Position numbers and translations under genes: made by a program
The notes under the pieces: model-generated
Seen by the model: only the letters and a program-made list of their open reading frames with translations
Databases searched by the model: none
Told to the model about the DNA's origin: nothing
Shown here: positions 1-11,195 of the stretch, piece after piece
How the letters are laid out: the number at the start of each line of letters is the position of its first letter
Numbering within the stretch: position 1 is the stretch's first letter
Assembly (NCBI GenBank): GCA_963677765.1
Contig: OY782392.1
Coordinates: 330,001 to 362,000 of the forward strand
Length of the DNA: 32,000 bases
Origin: Candidatus Saccharimonadota bacterium
GTDB taxonomy: Bacteria > Patescibacteriota > Gracilibacteria > BD1-5 > UBA6164
Direction: 5' to 3'

Positions 1-290
1 TTTAAAGAATTATAGTAATTTTTATTAATCAAATTATCAGGAAGATAATTAAGTCAATTTTTTGCTAACTCTAAAATCCTTGCTGAAACAACCGAGTCTA
101 TAACTCAGTTTACTTCAAATTTATTTTTTAAATCAATATATTGATCAGTTATTCTATATCTATATTCGTTAAACGTATTTAGATCAGAAGGAGTAATTGT
201 CGTATACTCAGTATCAGCAGCACTAACATAAGTTGGTGCTATAGCAGATATAATCAATATAAATAATGTAGTTAGTACTTTTTTAAACAT
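1..290 (-). CDS. Secreted hypothetical protein, partial (runs off left edge)
   Basis: ATG at 290. N-terminus MFKKVLTTLFILIISAIAPTYVSA|AD looks like a Sec signal peptide with an AxA-type site. The track ORF 105..290 ends at TGA (105-107); read as Gly, the frame stays open to position 1. Confidence 0.6.
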
Positions 291-447
291 ATTATTGTTC
301 TTAACAAATAGTTTTCTAACATAATATTAGCATAAATAAAAATTAAGAGCAAAAATATAACTAGCAAATAAAAGTATTTTAACTTGACTTTTAATCAATT
401 TATGACGACCAAATATATACTTTATATATACTTTTTTCTATTTTTTC

Positions 448-975
<528 letters not shown>

Positions 976-978
976 TCA

Positions 979-1005
979 AAAATCCAAGCCTTTAGCTTGG
1001 ATTTT
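979..1005 (+). terminator. Rho-independent terminator after ssb
   Basis: 11-bp perfect stem aaaatccaagc / gcttggatttt, loop cttta, ending in a T-run. Confidence 0.7.
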
Positions 1006-1086
1006 ATTAATCTTTACAAATTAAATATTTTTCATAAAATTATTTTACAAATAAAGTTATTATTTATATTTTTAATAATTAATTAA

Positions 1087-2181
1087 ATGGATTTATATAG
1101 TGTCTTATGAGTTGATAAAAATGCAAGTAAAGAAGAAATAAAAAAAGCTTACAGAAAAAAAGCTATGGAATACCATCCCGATAGAAATCCTGGTAATTCT
1201 GAAGCAGAAAAAAAATTCAAAGAAGTTGGTAGTGCTTATGAAGTATTATCAGATGACCAAAAAAGAAAACAATATGATATGTTTGGTTCTACATGATGAC
1301 AATCTTGATCTAATCCATTTGGATGAGCAGGAGTAGATGTAGATTTATGAGATATTTTTGAATCATTTTTTTGATGAGGTTTTTGATCTTGATCTAGAAA
1401 AAGAAGAACTGAATTCCCTTGAGAAGATTTAGAATACAATATAAATATAGACTTAAAAACTAGTATTTACTGATGAAAAGAAAAATTAAGTTTCAATAAA
1501 AAAGAAACATGTAATACATGTAATTGAGAATGATGATCAAATAAAAAAACATGTCCTAAATGTAATTGAAGATGACAAGTTACAAAAACTAGTCAAAGTA
1601 TGTTTTGAATGATACAACAAACTGTAACATGTGATGAATGTTCTTGAAGCGGAGAAATTTTTGAAAGCATATGTAATGATTGTAATTGAGAAAAAAGAAA
1701 ATTTATAAAAAAAGAAATAGATTTAGATATACCTGCATGAATTGATGATTCTATGGTTATAAAACTAACTTGAGAATGAAATCATTGAGTATGAACATCT
1801 GCAAAATGAGATTTATATGTTAGATTTAATGTAAATCTTGAAGAAAAATGATTAACAAGAGAATGAGTAGATTTATTTTATAGTATAGAAGTTGAAGTAG
1901 TTGAAGCTGTATTATGAACAAATAAAGAAATAAATATACCTATATTATGAAAAAGGAAAATAGAAATTAAATCATGAACAAATCATTGAAATATTATAAA
2001 AATACAATGAGATTGAGTAAAACATATAGATAGTGATAAAAAATGAGACCTTTATATAACTATCGAAATAAAGATACCTAAGAAACTTTCTAAATCTGAA
2101 AGAGATTTATATGAAAAAATAGCAAAAGAGAAAAAAATAAATGTAAATAAATGATGAGTATTTGAAAAAATATTTTGATAA
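1087..2181 (+). CDS. dnaJ: Molecular chaperone DnaJ
   Basis: 364 aa. J domain [36 protein letters not shown] with HPD. G/F-rich linker. Four CxxCxGxG zinc-finger repeats (first at 1510-1536: tgt aat aca tgt aat TGA gaa TGA TGA) whose glycines are TGA. TAA stop. Confidence 0.93.
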
Positions 2182-2190
2182 TTACAATCT

Positions 2191-2219
2191 CCTAATTTAC
2201 TTTTTAAAAGTAGATTAGG
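2191..2219 (+). terminator. Rho-independent terminator after dnaJ
   Basis: 10-bp stem cctaatttac / gtagattagg (one G-U pair), 9-nt loop, followed by ttattttt. Confidence 0.6.
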
Positions 2220-2239
2220 TTATTTTTAAATATAAAAAA

Positions 2240-3286
2240 ATGAAAAATAAAACAATTTGAACAATATTTTTTATATTATTTTCTATATATGGTGCAATAT
2301 TCATGTCAGATGAATATATATCAAATATAAAAAATATAGAATCTGAAACTAAAAATCACTTATATATTCAAGAAGAAATAGAAAAATTTGATATAAATGA
2401 TTTAAAAACAATAGAAAAAACAGATATTTTTTATACTCCATATAAAAATTTACTTGATGAAATAGTTAATAATATAAATGAAGCCAAAGAAAGTGTTTAT
2501 ATATCTAGTTATATTTTTACTGAGAAAAGAATTAAAAATGCTAGTATAAATGCTCATGAAAGATGATTAGATGTAAAAATAATAATGGAAAAGAATCCAT
2601 ATATGGCATACAATATAAATAATAATTTTTATAACGAATTTCAAAAAAAATGAGTACAAGCAGTATGGTCAAATACAAATAACTATTGATTAAATCATGC
2701 AAAATTTCTTTTAATTGATGATTTATCAATTATATCTACATGAAATATAAGCTATTCAACTTTTACTACAAATAGAGATTTTTTTGTAATAACAAAAGAT
2801 GAATCAATAAACAAAAAATTATATGAATTATTTTTAATAGATTTTGAATGAAAAAAAGAAGATATATATCATCCTAATCTAGTTCTATCCCCTAATTATT
2901 CAAGAAAAAAAATATTTGAATTAATAAATAATTCTAAAAAAGAAATAAAAATTTATATTCAATACTTTAATGATACAAAAATAGTAGAGGAATTAATAAA
3001 TATAAAAAAAGAAAAAAATATAGATATAACTGCTATTATTGCGGAATCCTCAATAAACGATGAAAACACAAAAAAACTAATAAATAACTGAATTAAAATA
3101 AAAGCACTTGAAAAAAATAAAATGCATTCAAAAGCAATATTAATAGATAATGATATATTATTTATAGGTTCGGTTAATTTTTCTAAACAATCATTTGATG
3201 AAAATAGAGAGTTATGAATTTTATTAAAAGATAAAAATATAATTAGTAAATTCAATAATCAGTTCAATAAAGACTTAAAAGACTAA
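2240..3286 (+). CDS. Phospholipase D / cardiolipin-synthase superfamily protein with two HKD motifs and an N-terminal membrane anchor
   Basis: 348 aa. N-terminus MKNKTIGTIFFILFSIYGAIF is hydrophobic. HKD motif 1: LNHAKFLLIDD...STGNISYSTF. HKD motif 2: MHSKAILIDND...IGSVNFSKQSF. Track ORF 2303..2566 is an internal fragment ending at a TGA. Confidence 0.75.
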
Positions 3287-3347
3287 AAATCTTTACAAAT
3301 CTTTTAAAAAAATATAATAAAGTCAATAAATCTTAATAAAAATTATA

Positions 3348-6128
3348 GTGTTTTGAATCAATAAAATTATAGTTTTCATAATTAGTATGATGATTTTTAT
3401 TATACTAATATATTCAACATATTTATGAAATAGTTATTCAAGCTTTGAAACTCCATTTTATCAAAATAATCAAAATGGTGTATTTTCATTGGATTTGGAA
3501 AGTGATAGTTTAACAAAAGAGTTCTTTGATGAAAGTGATAATGTAACAATAAAATACATAAATAGTTTTGATAAAATTCTAAGCTATAGATGAGATGTTA
3601 ATTATCAAATAGAAGAATGAACAAAAAAGATAATACTTTGAAACTGAGTTTATCTTATAAGCATAACTGAACTTAATAGTAAATATGAGATAATATGAGA
3701 TTGAATAAGATTTACAAATAATTGACCAATTAATATATTTTATGATTGAACTAATCAAAATAGAAAAACTATTTTTTCTCTAAATAATAATCTTGAAGTA
3801 GATTTATTAGATAGTCAGTGATCTATTTCAAATAAAATATATTTATACCCTCATATGTACTTGAAATATAATCCAAATTATATTAATGAAGTAAAAAACT
3901 GAGATATATTGAGAATTAAACAATGGTTTAGTCTTGATTATTTCTGAGAAAAAATAATCGTAGATAATGATATTAATCCTAATTTTATACAGAATATAAT
4001 TTGAAATAGTGATGAAAATATAAAAAATATATTTTTATACATAAAGCTAAAATACGAAAAAGAAGAAAAAATACTAAATGATTTTTTAGATAAAAATATT
4101 TGAACAATTATATGAGAATGACTTATAAAAAAACATACTGAATTGTTTTTGAATGATACAAAAAAAATAGTATATTATAAAAACCTATCAATAAGATATT
4201 TAGTAGATATAATAAAATCAAACAAAATAGAAAAACAAAAAAGTAGAGAGTTAGTAAGCCATATAAATGATATTAAAAATTATAGTGAAAATGACTATAA
4301 AGATATAAAAGAAATAATTGATTACTATACTATGTTGATAGTAAATTGAAACAAACAAGATGTTGAATCAAAAATTAATTTATCAAATATATATAATGAC
4401 TTGAATTGAACAAATTGAAATTTTGATAATCAATTATTATTAAACATAAATAACATATATTTCAGCTATGATTTTGAAGATAAAAATGATTTATACCAAA
4501 ATATTTGAAATAATTTAGAGTTATATGTAAAAAATGTAAAAAATGACGAACAAAAATCATATTTAATATTATATTTAAATAGCCTTATAAAAGAATGATT
4601 TATTGAGTTATCAAAATCAGATAATGTAGCTATGGAAGACATAATAAAAATATTTAACACATATGCTGACTTAAGTATATTATATTATGATATAAATGAT
4701 AGTACTAGAACAATAACTTGATTAAGAGAATATATAGATATATTAAAAAATATATCTTCTGAAATACAAAAAAACTTTTTTAATATAAACGATAGAAAAT
4801 TATTAGAACTAAAGAAAACTGTTAATATAAATAATCAAGAAATTGAAAAGTTAGAAAAAAATATAAAAAAAATAATAAGTTTTTACAATAAAAATAAAGA
4901 ATCCATAGATGACACTCCTAGAAATAAAGGTTTAAAATGATATTTTGAACTAATAGAATCTGATTTCAATAAATATTTTCTAGCTATAAAAGACTACAAT
5001 ACATATATAGCGACATATGATAAAGCAAGTAAAGATTTAATACAATGAGAAACAGTTAATCAGTGAAACTCAGAAGACTTATCATTAAGTGAAGAAAAAG
5101 CTATAAATTACTTAAAACAATTTAATATGCTAGATTTATCAAATATAAAAATAAGCATACAAAATTTAAATTATTGTCAAAATCAAAAAGAAGAATTCAA
5201 AGATCAAGAGTTATATAATCCATATTGCTATTTGATTGAAAATTTATGAATATGAAGAGGTATAAAATTGAGCTTTATATTAAGCCCTTACGAATACAAT
5301 AATATAAGTAATTTTATAATTAATGGTGACCCAAATATAAATAGATGATCATATAAATTAGATAATGAAAAAATGTCTTTAGAAGAGAGAATTCAAACAG
5401 CTCAAACAACAGAAGAAGCTGAAAAGTTTAAATTTGAAAACTTTTTCTTAATTACATTTAATCCTAGCGAAGAAACAAATACAGAAATTACTCAAGAAAT
5501 TGTAGATAATAATGAAGGGAGCCAAGAATCATCAATTGTAAGAGTTTTTAAAAGAAATAAACTATTATGAGTAAATTGAGATTTCAAAAGTTTGGATTGA
5601 TTCTTAAATATATTATATGATGATATTGAAGTTACAGAAGCTTGAGAAAACATATGAGAAGAAAACTATAAAATATTTATAAACGACTCTAGATTTATAT
5701 ATAATGAAAGAAATATAAAATACTATTGAACACTAAGTTGAGAATATAATTTTTTACCAAATCATAGTTTTATAAATCCTATAATTAAATTCACAGACCA
5801 AAATTGAAATCCATTATTAAACTGAAACAAAATAGAATTAACTTGAGTCTATCCTGTAGTAGAAATAAAAAGTGAAATTATAAAATTCTTTGATAAATAC
5901 CAAGTATTAAACACGATTCTTATGAGCTTAAATGACAAATTTTATCAAAGAGAGTTTGATATAAAATATCAAAATGATAAAGATGCTTTATATATAAAAA
6001 ACGATGATATATATATAGTAACTCAATGAGATATAATAAAAGTTTTTAGATACCAATGAAAAAATTATGGTAACTGAAATACAAAAATTATAGATATTAC
6101 AAATATTTTAGAAACAATTAATAATTAG
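3348..6128 (+). CDS. Large membrane-anchored hypothetical protein (about 926 aa), Asn/Lys/Ile/Tyr-rich, no recognised domain
   Basis: Continuous frame from the stop at 3327-3329 to TAG at 6126-6128 when about 50 TGA are read as Gly. Candidate starts are GTG 3348 (gives a full TM helix, FGINKIIVFIISMMIFIILIYSTYL) or ATG 3387. Track ORFs 4143..4349 and 5373..5570 are in-frame fragments. No catalytic motif recognised by eye. Confidence 0.65.
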
Positions 6129-6131
6129 AAA

Positions 6132-6380
6132 ATGAAACAAAATAAATTTGCAAAATTAATGGCTATTTTAGCACTATTATGAATAATTATATCAATTATT
6201 TGAACTTGATTATTAGCTATAATTGGTGATAATAACAGTCAACAAATAGAGTTAAGTCCTGAACAAATACAACAAATACAAGATATGATAAACTCTCAAA
6301 CTTGAACTACTGATAGCTCAAGTTGAGAAATAATTAATATAGAAAATTTAATTGAAGAACAAAATATAGAAACTAACTAA
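6132..6380 (+). CDS. Small membrane protein (82 aa), hypothetical
   Basis: MKQNKFAKLMAILALLGIIISIIGTGLLAIIG (one TM helix) followed by a Q/E/S-rich tail. ATG lies 3 nt after the upstream stop; TAA stop lies 6 nt before the next ATG. Confidence 0.5.
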
Positions 6381-6386
6381 TAAATA

Positions 6387-8051
6387 ATGAATTTAAATAC
6401 TAGAATAACATGAGCTGCCTGAGCTTGAGTTAACTCTACTGTAGATATAATTGCTGAACTATATGCAGAATTAGGTTATGATTTGATTACTGATATAGAA
6501 TATGAATCAAGAATTAAATGATGAGTGAACTTTTTTGATGTAAATATATCAGATGAAAAAGAGTACTTTCTTACAAAATATGTTGATATTATCTTAGCTT
6601 TTAATGCTGAAAGTCTAGAAAAACAATTATCTAGTCTAAAAGATTGAGCAACAATTATTATCAACTCCAAATGGGTGAAAAAACTGGAAGAAAAATGAGT
6701 ATCTTTGGAAAAATATAATTTACTACAATTAGAAATAGCTGATAAATATGACAATACTTACCTATTATGAATTTATGCTAAATATTTAAATTTAGATATA
6801 AATATAATATTAGAAAAAATTGAAAAAATATTTCAAAGAAAATGAGAAGATACAGTTAATCACAACAAAGAAATAGTAAAAAATATATTTGAAACATATG
6901 AAATAAATAAAGCTAGTGAAATTCAAATAAAAAGAATATGAGAAGCTAAAACTTCTATATTTTGAAATAAATCATTAGCTAAATGAGCTATAGAAAACTG
7001 ATTAGAGTTCTATAGTGCATATCCAATGACACCAGCTTCTACTGTACTATCAGAAGTGATTAAAGACTGAAGAGTTAAATATATTCAAAATGAAGATGAA
7101 ATAGCAGTAATAAACTCTGCATTATGAGCAAGTTTTACTTGAGCAAGAGCTATGAGTGGTACTAGTGGTGGTTGATTTGCATTGATGAGTGAGGCTCTAA
7201 GTTTTGCTGTACAAGCTGAATTTCCTATTACAGTTGTATTATCTCAAAGAGCTGGGCCTAGTACTTGAACTCCTACATTTCATGAAGCATGAGACTTAAA
7301 TTACGCTTTAAATCCTACATTTGGTGATTTTGATCATGTAGTAATGTATCCTAGTAGTCTGGAAGAAGCTTATTATTTTGGTTGATTAGCTTTAAACATT
7401 GCTGATAAATACCAAACTCAAGTTATATTACTTATGGATAAACAATCAAGTGAATTACTTTGAACAGTAGATGAGTTAAAAACTCCTTGAATTGAAAGAT
7501 GAATTATTTTAGAAAATCCTCCAGTTGACTACAAAAGATATGAATTAAATGATTCATGAGTATCTCCTAGAGTAAAAGTCTGAACAAAAGATTGAGATTT
7601 TATAGCTACAAGTTATGAACATGATGAATTCTGAGCTACTACAGAAGACCCTGAAATGAAGAAAAAAATGACTGAAAAAAGGTTTAAAAAACTAGAAAAT
7701 TTCTTTGAAAAAGAAAAAATTTCTTGATATGAAGTAATAAATCCAGATGCTAAAAAAATGCTTATAGTTACTAGTTTTACTAGTTATACAGCTAAACATT
7801 TTGTAAAAAATAATCCAGATTTTGGTTTAATTATAATAAAAATATTAAAACCATTAGACGAAGAACTTAGAAAAGAAATAGAAAACAAAGAAGAAATTAT
7901 ATTCATAGAAAATAATTTTTCTGGTCAACTGGAAAAATACTTAACAAATGAATTTGGTCTAAAATATATTACTTGATTAAAAATATCAAGAATGAGAAAA
8001 TATGACCTATTCCCTTTTTATATAGAAGACTTTAACGAACTAAAAAAATAA
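6387..8051 (+). CDS. 2-oxoacid:ferredoxin oxidoreductase, fused gamma-alpha subunit (KorA/PorA-like)
   Basis: 554 aa. N-terminal gamma-like domain MNLNTRITGAAGAGVNSTVDIIAELYAELGYDL...YESRIKGG. Alpha core GNKSLAKGAIENGLEFYSAYPMTPASTVLSEV...[63 protein letters not shown]. TAA stop. Confidence 0.85.
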
Positions 8052-8054
8052 AAA

Positions 8055-8657
8055 ATGAGATCTTGATTAAATAATATACAATGGTGTGCTTGATGTTGAG
8101 ACACACTAATAATAGGAGCAATAAAAAAAGCTTTTGCAGAATTATGAATTGAATCTCATAATAGAGTAGTTGTTTCATGAGTAGGTTGTAGCTGAAAAGC
8201 AAGTCAATATATTGATTGATATGCAGCTGAAACTCTTCATGGTAGAACTCTTCCTTTTGCTACTTGAGTTAAAATGGCTAATCCTGATTTAACAGTATTA
8301 GCTACTGGATGAGATTGAGATGGTTATGGTATTTGAGTATGACATTTTGTACATGCTTGTAAAAGAGATTTAGATATAACTTATATAGTTATGGATAATG
8401 AAAACTATGCATTAACAACATGACAAGCAAGTCCTACTACTCCAGTATGAGCAAAAACAAAAACTACTCCAGATGGTAATACTTCTGCTCCTTTTGATCC
8501 TATAGCAATAGCACAAAATGCAGGATGTAGATTTGCAAAAACAGCTGATTCTATAAAATTCGTAGAAATGAAAGATATTATAAAAGAAGCTATTCAACAC
8601 AAAGGTTTTTCACTTGTAAATATACATCAAGCTTGTCCTAGTTTTAAAAGATGGTAA
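8055..8657 (+). CDS. 2-oxoacid:ferredoxin oxidoreductase, beta (TPP-binding) subunit, short form
   Basis: 200 aa. IQWCAGCGD (8082-8102; both Gly are TGA). TPP motif [48 protein letters not shown]. ATG lies 3 nt after the alpha-subunit stop. Confidence 0.85.
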
Positions 8658-8685
8658 AAAAACACTAATAAAAATAGTGTTTTTT
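8657..8685 (+). terminator. Rho-independent terminator after the OFOR operon
   Basis: Stem aaaaaacacta / tagtgtttttt, loop ataaaaa, T-run. Confidence 0.6.
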
Positions 8686-8741
8686 TTGATTTTATTTTAA
8701 TTATATGATTTAATATTATTAATAAATTTAATTTGAAGAAA

Positions 8742-8966
8742 ATGCTTAGAAAAGTAATAAAAAATTATTATAAATTATTTGATGAAAAAATTAATAATTG
8801 ATCAGTTATTGTTCTTATTATTTGATTTATGATTGCATGAGTTTGAAATATCGCAAACTGATATGAAACTACTTTTAATTATGCAAAAGCAAATACTATA
8901 GAATCAAAAATTGAATTAAATCAATATATTGAAGTAAATTGAAAAACATATAAATTAGTAAAATAA
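8742..8966 (+). CDS. Small membrane protein (74 aa), hypothetical
   Basis: MLRKVIKNYYKLFDEKINNGSVIVLIIGFMIAGVGNIANG... with one TM segment. ATG start, TAA stop. Confidence 0.4.
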
Positions 8967-8967
8967 A

Positions 8968-9010
8968 AAAGCCCCAAAACTAATGGTAATAACCAAAAAG
9001 TTGGGACTTT
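8968..9010. terminator. Possible bidirectional terminator between convergent genes
   Basis: aaagccccaa / ttgggacttt, 10-bp stem with one mismatch and a large loop, flanked by A-run and T-run. Confidence 0.35.
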
Positions 9011-9014
9011 TTTA

Positions 9015-9290
9015 TTATAAAAATTTTAATTCAAAATTATAATCATTCATTTCTATATACTTAATTTTATTATAAAAACTATCATATATATCATCATATA
9101 ATATTTTTGCTTCTGCATTTAAAATTGGCTTATTAGTCTTTATTAAAAGTGTTTTTCATCTAATTTGTACAGATACCATATAATCAGAAACATCTATAGA
9201 TTTTTTTTGCTTAAAAACATCAATAAAAGAATTCCATATTGATGTTTTTATAAATAACTCTTTTTTATCTTCGCTTAAATTTAATTTCAT
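9015..9290 (-). CDS. Small protein (91 aa), possibly DUF721/DciA-like
   Basis: MKLNLSEDKKELFIKTSIWNSFIDVFKQKKSIDVSDYMVSVQIRGKTLLIKTNKPILNAEAKILYDDIYDSFYNKI. The pattern (strand, G-x-L-x-I, then helix) resembles DUF721, but the match is weak. Starts 8 nt after the rsmI stop. Confidence 0.35.
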
Positions 9291-9297
9291 ATATATA

Positions 9298-9975
9298 CTA
9301 AAATAATACAACAAATTCTCATTTTACCTTTCAAGGATTAGACTCAAAATAAGTTAATACTTCTTCTACAGTTCCCCTATTAAATTCTTCAAATTTTTTA
9401 GTAAGTTCTCTAGCAACAACTATATTGTGGTCAGTTCAAAAGTATTCTCAAATTTCTCTTATAGTTTTTAATATTCTATGTACTGATTCATATATAACAA
9501 TAGTCTCTCATCATCATTTTGAATTTTTTCTATCTACAAGTGAATTAAAAAGTGTCTGTCTACCTTTTTTTAATGGTAAAAATCATAAATATAAAAAATG
9601 ATTCATTTGCATTCAACTTGCACAAAGAGCAGTGGTAAAAGCAGTAACTCATGGAATAGGAGTTATTTCTATCCCCTCTTGTAAAGCTTCTTTTATTAAA
9701 ACATATCAAGGATCACTTATTCAAGGAGTTCAAGCATCACTTATCAAAGCTATATTTTGTCAGTTTTTTAATTGTTCTATAATTTTTGTAGTTTTAGTTT
9801 TTCAAGAATGACTATGAAAACTTATAAGAGGTTTTTTAATATCATAATGATTAAGCAACTTTGAACTAGTTCTTGTATCTTCACAAGCTATAGAATCAAC
9901 TTCATTTAAAGTTTTTATTGCTCTATATGTAATATCATCTAGATTTCAAATTGGTGTAGCAACTATATATAACAA
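9298..9975 (-). CDS. rsmI: 16S rRNA (cytidine1402-2'-O)-methyltransferase
   Basis: 225 aa. (L)[45 protein letters not shown]...ALISDAGTPGISDPGYVLI...[16 protein letters not shown]...[14 protein letters not shown]...[12 protein letters not shown]. No in-frame ATG near the N-terminus, so a TTG start at 9975 is inferred. TAG stop. Confidence 0.88.
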
Positions 9976-10035
9976 GATATTTATTATTAAAAAATATTAT
10001 TTATAATATTTTACAAAGAAAAAATATAAAATCAA

Positions 10036-10071
10036 TTAATAAAGCCCTAAAATTAATTAGGGCTTTATTAA
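10036..10071 (-). terminator. Strong hairpin in the rsmI-upstream spacer
   Basis: 15-bp perfect stem ttaataaagccctaa / ttagggctttattaa, loop aattaa. Confidence 0.55.
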
Positions 10072-10217
10072 AAGTATATTAGTCTAAATCTTTTTATGCT
10101 ATTTTTTAATATTGCTATGAAAAATAAAAGTAATATAAAAAAAGACTATTAAAATTAATAATCTTTTTTATTATACTTACACTATATTAAAATTTTATTA
10201 AAATTTTAGAGTTTTTT

Positions 10218-10994
10218 TTAGAAATCTACTACTCAAATATTTGCTAATTTATAAATAATACAATTTTTCTCTTTAAAGTTTCACATTAATAATAATCTTG
10301 ATTTTTTAACATCAGAAAAATCTATTTTTCAATTATGTCTTTTTTCTCAAAGTACTTTCATTTCAATAATTTTTTCAAATAAATCAAAAAAATCATCATC
10401 TAATAAAACCTCTTTTATAAAAATATTTGAATCTAAAAACTCCATAAAAGAATTTGATAAAAATCATAATTTTTCTCATTCTTTTATATTTTTAATTAGT
10501 TGAAATAATCTTCATAATCAAAGTATATATCAACTATTTAATACTTGACTTAATGATTTTTCAAGTAAATCATTCTCTAGTTTATAATTATTTTTATATT
10601 TAGAATTAAAATACTTTCTAAATGGTTTTGTTACTTGTTCTTCAATCAATATATCCATTGATTTATGGTATGAGCTTATAACTCATAATCAATCTGTTGC
10701 TTTGTTTTTTGAAATACTATAATAAAGTATTTCTCATGATATTATATTTTCTATAACATCTGCAGACATAGAAGCAATTACATATTCTCAAAAAAAATCA
10801 TATATAGATTTTTCTAATATTTCTTCTATATTTTCTGAAAAAAAACTATCTTTTTGATCTTTTAGATGATAAGAAAATCTATCTTTTGAGATTCTATTTA
10901 TATAGTTTTTTACTTCCCTCTGCATCCAAAATTCTGCGATAGAAAGTTTTTGTTTTAATATCTTATTTTCTTCTATGATTTTATTTATATCCAA
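10218..10994 (-). CDS. Hypothetical protein (about 258 aa)
   Basis: Open frame from 11027 down to TAA at 10218-10220 with TGA = Gly. The track start at 10994 is TTG; ATT at 10997 or an internal ATG about 23 codons in are alternatives. Coiled-coil-like N-terminus INKIIEENKILKQKLSIAEFW. No motif recognised. Confidence 0.5.
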
Positions 10995-11195
10995 AATATA
11001 AAAATTATATATTATTCTTAATATAAATTATATCATTTTTAAATTTTAAACACAAAAAAAGAGATAAAGAACAGTATAAAGTGAAAGGAGGAAACTTTAC
11101 ACCGTTGCGATACCTCATGTATATATTAAACTAAATTTTTCTTTTTTGCAAATTTTTTATAAAATATATGTTAATAAATTATTAAATCAAAAAAA

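Noticed and set aside
10081-10140. 18-codon plus-strand ORF (MLFFNIAMKNKSNIKKDY) in the rsmI-upstream spacer
   Set aside because: It is too short, has no SD, and lies antisense to the local transcription direction. It is likely a chance ORF.
10141-10170. Hairpin aaaagactatt / aataatctttt as a confident terminator
   Set aside because: The stem is all-A/T with a C-A mismatch, hence thermodynamically weak. It is mentioned only inside the long-spacer finding.
11007-11119. 37-codon minus-strand ORF (MRYRNGVKFPPFTLYCSLSLFLCLKFKNDIIYIKNNI) spanning the GC-rich island
   Set aside because: No SD, atypical codons for this genome, and no recognisable features. It is reported only as part of the structured-island finding.
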